This document shows, piece by piece, positions 52,201 through 64,000 of a DNA stretch of 64,000 nt (position 1 is the stretch's first letter; every line of letters starts with the position of its first letter). The notes under the pieces were generated by a model. The model did not search any database. It was not told where the DNA came from and saw only the letters and a list, made by a program, of their open reading frames with translations. The position numbers and the translations under genes were made by a program. The stretch covers positions 19,812,150-19,876,149 of the forward strand of contig NC_134026.1 in NCBI RefSeq assembly GCF_964204645.1. The letters run 5' to 3'. The DNA is from Tubulanus polymorphus. Lineage: Eukaryota; Animalia; Nemertea.

Positions 52201-54328
52201 TCGCAGAAATCTAATGAAAGATGTATGATTTGCATATACATGCATTTAGCGTTGAAAATAGAATAATGAACATTAAAAGGTACTTTCATGCGTTTTTGGC
52301 CTTTGTTTATGTAGATTCACACCTCCAGTTGTTATGGTCGTAAGAAAATCAAAAGATCACGATGTTTTGGGTGGTTACGAAGTTCCTGCTGGTACAAATA
52401 TTTTGTTAGCAACTGGTGCTATGATGAGGTATGTTGAGTAAGCTAAACGATGCCACTTTCCAATGTTAATATTAAACTAGATTAATTTGTCTTAACGCTG
52501 GTTGAATTTTGCTCAACAATGAATACATGGAACCTAACGCAAACATATTATAGATATACCTATAATTTCGTCTCTCAAGAGAAAATTTAGTGAATCTTTA
52601 TACTGTACTGAATATGACGAGCTATCAGTGACCATCCATATCAGATATGATTAAAAATACATAAAGAGCCTCTTTATGTATTTTTGATATCCCCGGTAAT
52701 GAATAGATTTGTAGATCGGCTTAAGTTCATTGACAAAAGGTTCCATTGTATTTAGGTATTACTAGGATAGATCAGCGCAGCTTTGTTTGAATATTGTTAC
52801 TCAGTTATTGTATAGTGTGTATATAGTATACTGACTTCTAAAGTCCATTCAGTGTTATACTTGATAAAAGCTAAAAAGAAATTATGCCATTATATCGTTT
52901 CTCCTAATCAACTTTTGGTCATTTTGTAAATCGCGATAAAATTTGTAATCACTTCATTTCATTAGCTGATGGGTCTGTTACGGTAAGCTTGATCATGATT
53001 TTCAAAAAAGTAATGTACAGTGGGTAGATAGGCGACTGGCCGGTTTAACTTTTAAGCTCAGCGGAAAGGAGAAATTAGGTATTTTTTCAGCCTAACAGCT
53101 AAACTTATACCTATATAGATTTATCTGTTTGTAACCACCTCTATCCCAGCCACAGTACTCTCTAATTAACGTATGTTGAATTATTCTACGTCTGGCATGG
53201 TCGTTTGTTTTGTGGTGTATTTCGACCCTGGAGTTGGATCCAAATAAGAATTGGGTATTTCAGCCCTGGAGTTCCATTCGGTAACAATACCATTGTTAAT
53301 AACAATTATGAATTGTCTAATCTTTGAGCTCCTGGACTTAAAAGCTTATTGTGAAATAAATAGATATATTGATCTAATAAAATAGCCCAAATGCAGATCA
53401 TTATGAAGTTTCTGCTGGTAGAAATATTTTGGTAGCAACTGGTACAGTTTGTAGGCTCGAATCCCGGCAGGGTTTCGATCTAGCCTTTCCTTTCCACTCA
53501 ATTAGGGAAGGGAAACTTCAAACCTGCCAGTAATGGGTTGAGGGGCGAAAGAAAATGATTTTGACAAAACACACATTCAACATATGCATAGAATCAAGAT
53601 TCATACAGACATATACATGTATAGTCTTAATAAATTTTTCGTAGAATTATAAATTCTTCATTGAACTATTTTAATGCCGGGCTCTCTGATTTGTGATGGT
53701 CCTGACAAACTGGGAATGCCTACTTCTAAATTCCCATCCTCGCTTGCCAGGCTTTGATTTTGCCTCCCGCCTATGCTCACACCAACACAAACCCTGCCTG
53801 CTGAGGCTTTATTGGTCTATTACACCACCCATGGATTCTTAGGTGGACAGGTTGCCGCTCAGCAGCAATGAAGGGTTTGCGGCCAGGGTTTGTGTTGGCG
53901 TGAGCTTCGGTGGGTGGCAATCCAAAGCCTGGTAAACACGGATGCTACATTCCAAGAGTGAAGCATTCTTATTAGCCCCTCTCCTCTCGCCCCTTGATAG
54001 GAATCGCTACTTTTTCTGTATGAGCACCGATACCACATCTTTGTTAATTTTTTCATTCAGGAATGAACAATTTTGGGATGACCCAGATACGTTCGATCCC
54101 GACCGATTCTACCGAAAGGAAGTCGATTCGTCGAAGTTTTTGCCATTCGTAGCCGGTCCTCGTATGTGCATCGGTTATAAATTCGCGTTGCTCGAAATGA
54201 AAATGATCGTCGCTCGCGCGTTGAGGTCGTTTCGATTTACGAAGATCCCCGGCAGCAATTACACGAAAAAGATACGCGTCACCATGAGGCCGGATCCTCC
54301 GCTCGAGTTGTATATCAAAGCTGTTTGA
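46277..54328 (+). CDS. Microsomal cytochrome P450 (CYP4/CYP3-clan-like)
   Basis: Approximate exons: 46277-46399 (membrane anchor), 46484-46566 ([12 protein letters not shown] hinge), 47479-47616, 48016-48122, 48571-48694, 48811-48923, 49641-49774, 49981-50108 (TFLLAGHE), 50766-50941 (TT...ETLR), 52315-52428, 54061-54328 ([19 protein letters not shown] heme motif). Confidence 0.95.
46617..46819. mobile_element. Degenerate M-a-like MITE in a P450 intron
   Basis: cgtcctctgtcgaccgggatttgaaccagatggtatc ... gataccctcaggtttgattcctcgctgagggaggatg. Flanks gcaaatgct / aaaaatgca. Confidence 0.6.
53735..53944. mobile_element. Mutator-like MITE, family M-b
   Basis: CATCCTCGCTTGCCAGG...CCTGGTAAACACGGATG. 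Flanks ctaaattcc / ctacattcc. Confidence 0.8.
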
Positions 54329-54345
54329 GTGAATCATAGCTAGAG

Positions 54346-54661
54346 CGTCGTCGCTACGGCAGGGATTCGGACCTGATGGCATCGCTAGACTCGGCTGTGG
54401 CATGAAATCCTGCCACACAACGGGGGTGTGCTGAAAGAAAATTTGTGGCACCAATCGGATTGCTTGTATAATCGCTGGGGCGAATTTCACGCGGAAGAAC
54501 TATAACTAGAAAAACCCAGGCTGAAACAAAGAGATAATTTCTGATTGGTAAATAATGACATCTAAGCAGCGCATGTAGCTCCGCACCCGGTCTAGGGTGG
54601 CAGGTTTTCGCAACATGGCAGCCTCACTTCCGTCAGGTTTTAATCCATTTGGTGCAGGATG
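54346..54661. mobile_element. Mutator-like MITE, family M-a, in the P450 3' UTR
   Basis: ggcagggattcggacctgatggcatc TIR; internal similarity to 1-234 and 18234-18497. Flanks agctagag / acctagag. Confidence 0.7.
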
Positions 54662-54861
54662 ACCTAGAGAGTTTTTAGGACGATCGAAAATCATAGATGC
54701 GTTAACGAGATAAACCTCATTTTTTGAATGACTATATAGGGTCTTACTCGTGATGTCATAGTTCGTTTGCCAACTAGTGCACAGGGGCTGGTCGCAATCG
54801 GTAGTGAATGAACAAAACCAGTATCAGCCACCTGAAAACTGATTTTATTTGAGATCTTATA

Positions 54862-55065
54862 CAGTGGAACCTCGTTATAACGAACTCTGATATAACGATT
54901 CATCGGATATAACAAATAAAGAATTTCATCCCAAGTAAAAGAATTTGATTAATTTCATACTGGATATAACGAACTATCGGTTATACGCAGAAGAGTTATA
55001 GAATCCATGGTAATAACGAACATATTTTCTGGTGCCGTGAAGTTCGTTGTAGCGAGGTCCCACTG
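54862..55065. mobile_element. Tc1/mariner (pogo/Tigger-type) MITE
   Basis: TA-CAGTGGAACCTCGTTATAACGAA ... TTCGTTGTAGCGAGGTCCCACTG-TA. A partial end also lies at 38317-38353. Confidence 0.8.
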
Positions 55066-55762
55066 TAGTAGCTTCATCGGGTACCTTATTTACGCGATGA
55101 AGCTACTATGCACTGATAGCGGAAGCACGTGATATCAAACAAAATCAGTTACTTTTTGATTAATTTGATACAAATTGTGAAGAAACATGATAACTTTAAT
55201 AAAATCTGTCGAAAATCGTGAAAATGTGAACAATTAAGAAAAGTATCTGGTCTAAATGTGTTGATCCTCTTTTTATGACATATAAATGGAGCTCAGAATT
55301 TGTGCAAACTGTGTTAAAGTTTTAAAGAAATTTCCATTTTCGATCAGTCCATATTGTGACCAGTCACCGCTCATGTTATTGTGACCTAAAAAGTCGATTG
55401 TTAGGTTAAAGAAAAGCGTGAAAATTCTAGTGTTAATCAACTTAACTTCCAAGACTTGAATGAACTTGATCTATGCACAAGCATTATATAATCTCTTTAC
55501 ATTTCCTTTACTTTCTTATTACCTATATTCGGGATAACAATGTTAATTATTTTGCGTATATACATAAATTATGAAATTATTGTCTGCCATATAGAAAGTT
55601 TATTATATTGAAAACTTATATACTCAAGATATTTTGGAGATTTTAATTTGTAATTATGAACTTACTCTATGAACGTTATGAACATTTTATTTATGCCAAT
55701 AAAGAAATTCTGATTACTAATATGTGTTTGAAAAGTCTGAACTCTTGGCACCATTTGAACTA

Positions 55763-57158
55763 ATCATAACCTGTCGTTCCAGATTATAAAGAATTTTGAT
55801 GTTTTAGATTTCGAACCACTTGTATCTGATGTGCATGCGGCCATTAGAAACAACACCTAATGTCTATTTATTAATTGATGAGACCTGTTTTTCTTGGATA
55901 TTTTGCTTACTTTTTGGGGTACATACCTCATTGATGTCTTTACAGAATGCCAAAAATCGCGGACAACAACTGAATATCCGATATATTTCCAGTTCCGTAC
56001 CAATTAGATGGATTGGCAAAAAGACTCCTTAAGTCCAGTTGAATGAGAGAGAAAATCCTCCATTTTGTGAAATTTCTTGAATTTTTACATTGTCACCATG
56101 CCTACGAAATGAAGTTATTTTTCTTGTGGGGTCTCAACAACTAAATCAGGGTGGCGTAGGCATGGTAACAATGTTCAAATCCAAGAAATTTGACAAAATG
56201 GAGGATTTTCTCTCTCATTCAACTGGACTTAAGGAGTCTTTTTGCCAATCCATCTAATTGGTACAGAACTGGAAATATATCGGATATTCAGTTGTTGTCC
56301 GCGATTTTTGGCATTCTGTTAAGACATAAATGAGGTATGTACCCCAAAAAGTAAGCAAAATATCCAAGAAAAACAGGTCTCATCAATTAATAAATAGACA
56401 TTAGTAGACAGTTTTTTAATAAAGAAGTTTCCAGTTTCTAGGTGCCATTTTGTGGCGGTCCCTCGAGGTCCCTATTGTTGCGATAATTTGCGCTCAGTTT
56501 TAAAACATAAGTTTAGATTGAATATCATATAGTTCTGCAGTCCCTTGCTCGACGAAATCAATTTATACACCATTTTAAAGGAAATGAAATGCAGATATTT
56601 GCTGGCGATTCTTGGAATTTTTGAACGCAACAATTGAGAACAGTGACGATGTGAAACCAAGGACCGCATATCTTAACCGTGCGTAAAAGAAATCGCAATC
56701 ATAACCTGTCGTTCCAGATTATAAAGAATTTTGATGTTTTAGATTTCGAACCACTTGTATCTGATGTGCATGCGGCCATTATTTGCGAAATTAAAATCAT
56801 CAAAAAAATCCACACTGAAGAAGCCCAACCCGGCAACAACTATAAGATGGAAACAACACCTAGTAGACAGTTTTTTAATAAAGAAGTTTCCAGTTTCTAG
56901 GCGCCATTTTGTGGCGGTCCCTCGAGGTCCCTATTGTTGCGATAATTTGCGCTCAATTTTAAAACATAAGTTTAGATTGAATATCATATAGTTCTGCAGT
57001 CCCTTGCTCGACGAAATCAATTTATACACCATTTTAAAGGAAATGAAATGCAGATATTTGCTGGCGATTCTTGGAATTTTTGAACGCAACAATTGAGAAC
57101 AGTGACGATGTGAAACCAAGGACCGCATATCCTAACCGTGCGTAAAAGAAATCGCAAT
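55763..57158. repeat. Tandem duplication of a ~460-bp unit; copy 1 is interrupted by MITE C
   Basis: atcataacctgtcgttccagattataaag at about 55763 and 56698. 56403-56697 is near-identical to 56862-57158. Confidence 0.9.
55859..56402. mobile_element. 544-bp foldback MITE C, copy 2 (opposite orientation)
   Basis: Near-identical to 24981-25524. The empty site acacctagtagac is visible at about 56855-56868. Confidence 0.92.
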
Positions 57159-58149
57159 ATTTATTAATTTTAAAATATCTAAGTATCTCTTCAAGCTATA
57201 TTTCCTGTTTTCACAGAGGTTAAAGAGGGTTATTTGCAGTTTAAGCCTGCGTTGAATTTTTTTAAATATCTTTCCTGACGACTGATCTGTACCCGCTTGA
57301 GTTTGAGATTACGCGCGAAAGGGGTCTGCCCACTGCGCACCGCCATTTCACTGAACATTGAGATTTGTGAAAAGAAATCGCAAAAATAAGATTTTATACT
57401 GGTTTGTAATTATCAATATTGCTTCTGATGGTTATATATTACCTTTATTTTCGTATGGTTGAAAATGGACTTTGAGTGTTTTGATGAATTCGAGTTTTGT
57501 AGCGTTGGGAAATTAAAGGATTTCTTGTAAGAGTGGGGACTTTCTGTGTTGGTTGCAAATGTGGCCTAGTTGATAACCTAATTTGCGTTTCAACCGAATG
57601 TACCACTCATGGTTGGACACTAGAAAAAAAATCTAAGTTTTTATATATTTTTGAATATGCGGCGCAGCTGAAAGTTGCCAAACTGGACGTTGACCCCCTA
57701 AAACAGAATATCAAATGGGGACAGATATGAACCCCTTTAAATATTATATTGGAATTTTATATCAGTAAGGTTTTCTGGTCGATGTTTTCCAGCAAGAAGG
57801 TTGAGATTCATTAAATTCATCGTATGATCGTAGAATGAGGGATTACTAGAGAGAGATATGTGTTAAATATGTCCTAAGCGTTTAAATCTACTGGCACATT
57901 TCACCATCGACTCTAAAACGTTTGATTTCACCGAACACAAAATCGGCGCTAGGCTGGACGGGCTGTATACGACAATTCCTCAACTGGACCGTTCACACTT
58001 CAATAGCGGGACAAACCGGATCCCGAAACCAGATTAACTAATTGCCCCCGCCAAAATACGGTACAAAGAAGATATGGATTATCATCTAGGACTCGACGGA
58101 CAATTTACCGCCGGTCAAAACAGGTCCATAAAAGGACACGTTCTGTACA

Positions 58150-60530
58150 TAGTAAGTTGGAAACGAATAGAGATTTTCGTAAGTATAAGTGACTAATTAA
58201 GATAAATAAGAGGGCTGGTGTATCGTGTTTTAATGCATCTCTGCGGCAAATGCATAACGCGCGTCCTCGACAATTCTGGAAAATCTTCAGGAAAACAGGT
58301 GACAGAGACTGCATAGCGTCCCTTGACGATCTATATTCTATGAGAATTTAAATCGAAACCCGCGAAACGCAACCCCAGAACATTTATATGAACTGGATGA
58401 CTTTTTCGATTTAGGGGATCACAGCCCATTGAATGCCCATTTTAGTGTAGAAGAAATAAAAAAGGCCATTAATTTGTTAAGTAACAACAAAGCCCCTGGC
58501 GTCGACGAGATATCCAATGAGATTTTAAAGCATTCTCAGGATGAAATACTACCAATTTTGTTGGGACATTTTAATAATGTATTGGATACGGGAATGATTC
58601 CAGAAAATTGGGGGATCGGAATAATAATACCTATATATAAGGGCAAAGGTAACCGCGAAGACCCTGAAAACTACAGAGGAATAACCCTTTTGAGTTGCGT
58701 CGGAAAACTTTTTACTAATATACTCAACCAGCGTCTGAAGCAATACCTAGAAGTGAACAACCTCCTCTTAAGGAATCAGGCCGGTTTCCGAAAGGATCAC
58801 GGAATACTAGATCATATATTTACCTTGTAAAGCATTGTAGACTAATTGTTTTTTTGCAAATGGTAAGAAATTATATTGTATTTTTATAGATTTTCAAACA
58901 TGTTTTGACACAATAAACCGAAAGGCCTTATGGCAAAAGCTCATCCAATTAGGAATCACCGGTAAAATTCTCAAAGTGATCCATAATCTATGTGAAAATG
59001 CAAAATCCTGCATTAGAGTGAATGGAGAAATTTCTGATTACTTAGAGAGTTTTACAGGATTAAGACAGGGGGAAAACCTCTCGCCTGTGGTTTTTTCAAT
59101 ATTTGTAAACGACTCAGAGGAATATTTATCAAATGAAGGGTGCTCAGGGATAAACTTTTTAACAGATGATGATAATTTATGGATTAAATTATTATCGCTT
59201 CTTTATGCTGATGATACCGTCTTATTATCGGAGAGCCTAGAAAACATTCAGCTTTTGGCTAGCAAAATGGCTGAATACTGCGAAAAGTGGCAACTGAAAA
59301 ACAATTACGCCAAAACGAAGGTTATAATTTTTGAAAAAAGGAAGAGCCGTCGTCGGCCTGACATAACTATAAACAGTCACCATATTGAAGCGGTGGATCA
59401 CTTTAGATATCTAGGAATTATTTTCGACTACAATAGAAAATTCACTCTGTGTAAGAAGTCTGTATTTGAGCATGCCAACAGGGCTATATTCTTTAAACTG
59501 AACAAAGTTCAAGAACATTCGCTTGCAATTGACATAGCTTTAAAACTTTATGACAGCATGGTTCTATCGATACTTATACATTCGGATGTGAGATTTGGGG
59601 GATGGAGAACATATCAATTTTGGAGAAAATACAATTGAAATTTTTTAATACATTCTTGAACTGAAAAGGTCTACCCCAAATATGTTTGTATATGGCGAAC
59701 TAGGCCGATATCCGTTGGAATTAACGGTCAAATATCGAATGATAAAATTGTGGGCCAAGCTTTTAAACAGCAACAAACTGTCTTCTGACATGTATCATAT
59801 GCCACTAAAATCGCATGAAAATGGCAATTTGAACCCCTGGATATCCTTTGTCCGCAAACCATTAGAAACAAATGGTCTTGGGAATTTGTGGCACGACCAG
59901 ACACCCCTAATCCTGATTACGCAGCACACAGCCTTTCTTTGCGACTGAGGGACCAATACGTTCAAAACTGGGATAACCAATGTAAGATTTCTAATATTGC
60001 CGACTCGTATAGAATTTTTAATGGGGCTCTGAAAACTATTTAGCTGAATTACCTGATCATCTAAGGATATCATTTTGCAGATTCCTATGTTCCAACCATC
60101 CCCTCCCAATAGAAAAGGGAGATGTAATCGTATACCCCGAGCAGACAGGCTGTGTACTAAGTGCGATATGGGAGTTGTATGTGATGAATTTCACTTTATA
60201 TTTATTTGTCCTTTTTTCAATGACCAGCGCAGGAAGTATGTCAAGCAATATTATATAAACAATCCTACATCGCATAAATTTAAAGTTATTTAGAGTTATT
60301 TTGTGCAACTGGCGTGAAATTAAAAAACCTCATTTTATATATACAGAAATGTTTTAAGATAAATTGTTACCTAAGTGCAGTGTTATAAATGCCAGATAAT
60401 GCACTCGTTGCATATATATGTCCACCAATTGTATATATTGTCAATTTTCATTGTCTGTAATTTGTATAATAATGTATCTTGTAACTGGCTTTTGTAAATT
60501 TTGTGAGCAATAAATCTATCCATCCATGAT
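58150..60530 (+). mobile_element. 5'-truncated, decayed non-LTR retrotransposon (RTEX/L2/CR1-group-like ORF2)
   Basis: RT motifs KAPGVD, PIYKGKG..PENYRGITLLS, QAGFRK, GLRQGENLSP, LLYADD, FRYLG; YGELGRYPL; C-terminal RLCTKC...DEFHFIFICP. Broken by stops and frameshifts. AATAAA plus a TCTATCCATCCAT tail near 60508. Confidence 0.92.
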
Positions 60531-61070
60531 TTCGTTTTAGCTCTTTAATATACTCCAGGGTTATAAAATAATGAATAATAACATTCCCGCTATGGAACTA
60601 TTCTCGTGACCAACGCCACCACATTTGGGGAGGGCCGACGACCAACCTCGGGACCTGATTCGCCCACCAAGCCCCCAAGAATTAATGTTCTTAGTTCTGG
60701 TGAGGAAACAAGCCCGGAGCTGTCTCGGTTTCCAAACATGTAGACGTTGACACTTGACTAATCCCTTAGGATTTAGGATTTTTACAATTGTCTTGAAACC
60801 TAAATCCAAAAATTTCTTATCAATCCGAGACATAAACTGAACCAGTAACAAGCAAATAAACAGTAGATAATCATTAAGCCAATACTTGCCGTTTGTGAAT
60901 TTCTAGTGAAAGAAAGCAAATAGACCTCGAAAAACTAGTAGTCAAAACATACCTGTTTATGAATTCCCAGTGAATTGATCAAAAATTGCCTATCATAACA
61001 GTAATGCTCTACAACCGCGAGATATACAAGCTCAAATAGATCAGTGCCGTACATACACCAGGAATCGAAG

Positions 61071-63966
61071 ATGAAACTATTTCAAGATCATTTTACAGGT
61101 AACATTTATGACCATCGATGAAACACTCCATGTTGTAACGATGATACATGTATGAAGTATTAAAAGAATGAACAAAATATTCTAGAGCAGGGGCGGATCT
61201 AGGGGGGGGGGTGGATGAGTAACCCACGCTCCTGAAATTTTAAGAACTTCCTTAAAAACTTCCGTATTATTTTTTCCATTTTTCATTTTTTTCTAATTGT
61301 GGCCTACAGAGTAAAATGTTCTTGGTGGGTATTTAGGTTTCCGCCCGCCGAAGGATACGCCAACATAAACCCTGACCGTTAACCCTTCATCTCCCCAAAT
61401 GAAGACCCTGCGTATTTGCCTCTGTAGAGCACACCGACGTAACTGGTTACTGTTGATGTTCATGGATAGAATTCAACTTCTCAATTCAACTTTTAGGAAA
61501 AGACGTATTTAACGATGCCTTTAAATACACGCTCGTCGACGACCTGTACTATATAGTAGAAGATGATGGACAGGAAGAATGTGATGAAAAACCGGAAGTA
61601 AGCGTTATTGCCGCCTGCAAACTAGAAGAGGCATCCACTATTGTTACGAAAAATGACTTCAAACAACATTTAAAGGTATGTATTTTCATATTCGCATGGA
61701 TCGTTCTTTTCCCGGGCACAAAACGGATGATTCTTATTAAAGCGCAGCACTGCAGTTAAATACCCTGAAAACTATGAGGCCAGATATTTTTGGATTTTAA
61801 ATTTCACATGAAAGAGGGGGTTTATACGCAAAGTTACTGAAATATTTGAATTTTTTCGAAAATCATATAAAAAACTAACGAATTTCAAATCTGAATACCC
61901 TGACATTTTTGCCAGATTAGACTAGAGATTCGCACGGTTTAAATGTTGCTAAAACCGCCAAAATCTAAGTGTGTGAAGTTAGTTTGAAAACCGTCAAAGT
62001 TCGTTTGTATTAACCGTGAAATTAGTTAGTTTGCGAAGTTAGTTTGACGATGGACGAATTGACGATCAACAAAACCGTCAAACTCAAAGGAAATAATCCG
62101 CCGCAGTATATCGAGTCCGGTATCACGTTTCTCGCGTTTGTCATAGCGAGTCGTGGGCTCGGTCCTCGATGCGATATGACCCGAAGATCCGCTATTGAAG
62201 ATACGTATATCATCTACCGCGTTCTGGCAGATCAAAATGTATAATCTATTGCCCCGGTCGTGGGGTGATACGACCTAGTAAACTTTTTCGCTCGAAATGT
62301 GCTCTAATAAAGTTATGCATTTTACCGTGTGATAGATTCGTCAAAATTAGCCATTCGTCCCTTTTGGTCAATCGTCGCTTCGTCAATCTGTTTTGACGAA
62401 TTGACGATTGAAGAATATTGACAAAACCGTCAAAATTGTATGGAAGCCCTGAAACGACATTACGAATTACGAGTTACGTTTTACAAATTACATTTTACGT
62501 TTTACGAATTACGAGTTACGTTTTACAAATTACGAGTTAGGTTAACGATTTACCATATAAGCTCCCTGCATTGCGTATGTCGCGCGAGGTCAAGGTCTTA
62601 TACAATTACGTTTTACGAATTACGTTTTACGACTTACGTTCTACGAATTACGTTTTACGAATTATGTTTTACGAATTTCGTTTTACGAATTACGTTTAAC
62701 GACTTACGTTTTCTATTGACTTATTGGCTATTGCTTCAAAAGTTTTTCGGAAAAACACGGGCTTTGCAATGAAGTCGAATCATGACGAAGAATGAATCTG
62801 ACTGAATTTATTTTGCATTTTGAAATATATACATGTATATCCGTGAAATTGAGGGAGTTTATCGTACGCATTTTTATTACAAGTAATAATGAGACCAAGG
62901 AAGTCAAAAAGTGACATGATAATTTCAAAATGATCAAAAGTATAGAGATTCAGCCTGCATACGCCCGGATTCATTAGATAATAAATTACAAACACTAACA
63001 CTGTCCTGTTTGGCAAGGAAGGGCACGATGATTAAGACGATACAAAACTGGAAATTATTCGGGCTTCATGGAGATAAAAAGAAATTGGACTCCATATCGG
63101 TGCAGATACAATTCTTCAATTGTAACAAATGATCATAACAAGTCTTAGCTTTTAATTATGAAAATATATATTTTTATTTGAAAGAAAAGCGTTTGTCATC
63201 CATCATCGTTATTAGTTGAAGTATTCGGCAAAAAATTACAATCGATTTCACCACAGTGCTGCCTTCTGCTTGCTACCCAAAGTTTAATATTCACGACACG
63301 GAGAGTGCACCACAACCTTGACCTCTTGTGAGAAATTGAACCGAAATGTAGTGGTAAATCGTTGCCCAAAATAACTCGTAAGACGTAATTCGTAAAACGT
63401 AATTCGTAAAACGTAATTCGTAAAACGTAAAACGTATTTCGTAAAACGTAATTCGTAAAACGTAAAACGTAATTCGTTATGTCGTTTCGTTCAGGGCTTC
63501 CATAAAATTGTCTCAAGAAGTCAAACTCAATATCCACATCGCACTAATAATAACCGCGGTACAATTATCGAGTCATGAATCAAGTTTCTTACCTCGGTCA
63601 GAGCCAGCCAAAATCCATCTATGGTCCAATGAAATTTGACAAAACACGCATCACAAATAGTTTTTAAAAAAGAGAATAAATAATAATACAGGACAAAATA
63701 CTGTATAGCCTAACAAAATGGCGGCTAGCAATTGTAAAATGATTTATCATCTGGTCCCGTTTCGGCCACTCACAAATGTTTGGCTTGAATTTTCTAATCG
63801 GCATTACGAATATATTGTTAAATGTTCTTTTTGTAGTCGTGGTCGAAGAAATTGCTTGCTAGAATCAAGGAAACCGATGCGGAAAGAGCTGAATTTTTAA
63901 AGAAACATTTACCAGATTTTACTGAGAAACTTGTTGATGATTATGACGCATTAAGCTTCTATGCCA
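61071..63966 (+). CDS. Divergent TCTP (translationally controlled tumour protein)-like gene; the 3' end lies beyond the window
   Basis: In-phase exons 61071-61098 (MKLFQDHFTG), 61497-61675 (KDVFNDAFKYTLVDDLYYIVE...VIAACKLEEASTIVTKNDFKQHLK) and 63837-63966 (SWSKKLLARIKETDAERAEFLKKHLPDFTEKLVDDYDALSFYA). These align by eye to TCTP MKIYKDIITGDEMFSDTYKxKLVDD...TKxxFKxYxKxYxKKLxxKL. Not in the ORF track. Confidence 0.8.
61188..61424. mobile_element. CAGGGGCGGATC-type MITE with 5-bp TSD TAGAG, in intron 1 of the TCTP-like gene
   Basis: tagag-CAGGGGCGGATCTAGGG ... CCCTGCGTATTTGCCTCTG-tagag. Confidence 0.7.
62439..63504. mobile_element. Element with inverted ends made of TTACG(AA/TT) micro-repeat arrays
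   Basis: tatggaagccctgaaacgacattacgaattacg... / ...cgtaattcgttatgtcgtttcgttcagggcttccata. Confidence 0.7.
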
Positions 63967-64000
63967 GTCAGTAAAAAACACCGTCGACATTTCTGTCGCA

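Noticed and set aside
62440-63537. 110-aa and 113-aa ORFs rich in FYELR/YVLR
   Set aside because: Translation of the TTACG micro-repeats.
866-63966. Functional gene cluster (TEP1, SUV3, securin, P450, TCTP-like)
   Set aside because: No shared pathway or operon-like evidence; ordinary eukaryotic neighbourhood unless conserved synteny is shown.

Overview
Eukaryotic, intron-rich, AT-rich animal DNA, most likely a marine invertebrate (lophotrochozoan-like; inferred from gene content and repeat types, species not determined). Reading exons by hand gives two head-to-head gene pairs and one extra gene. (1) TEP1 (TROVE/vWA/DUF4062, minus strand, 20579 to <866, running off the window start) is divergent from SUPV3L1/SUV3 (plus, 25885-37981). 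An intronless rhodopsin-class GPCR is nested on the same strand inside a TEP1 intron. (2) Securin/PTTG (minus, 44145-39161, KEN box and D-box) is divergent from a cytochrome P450 (plus, 46277-54328). (3) A divergent TCTP-like gene lacking the flexible loop (plus, 61071 to >63966) is absent from the ORF track. Non-coding space is filled with non-autonomous DNA elements: Mutator-like with 9-bp TSDs, CAG-ended with 5-bp TSDs, a CTAG-targeting group, Harbinger-like, Tc1/pogo-like and Helentron-like. It also holds a satellite-bearing foldback element, Penelope-like fragments carrying minimal hammerhead ribozyme motifs, a decayed LINE and a hairpin-rich 300-nt candidate RNA. Both divergent promoter regions are bracketed by inverted copies of a transposon. 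All family assignments come from recognised motifs, not from database searches.
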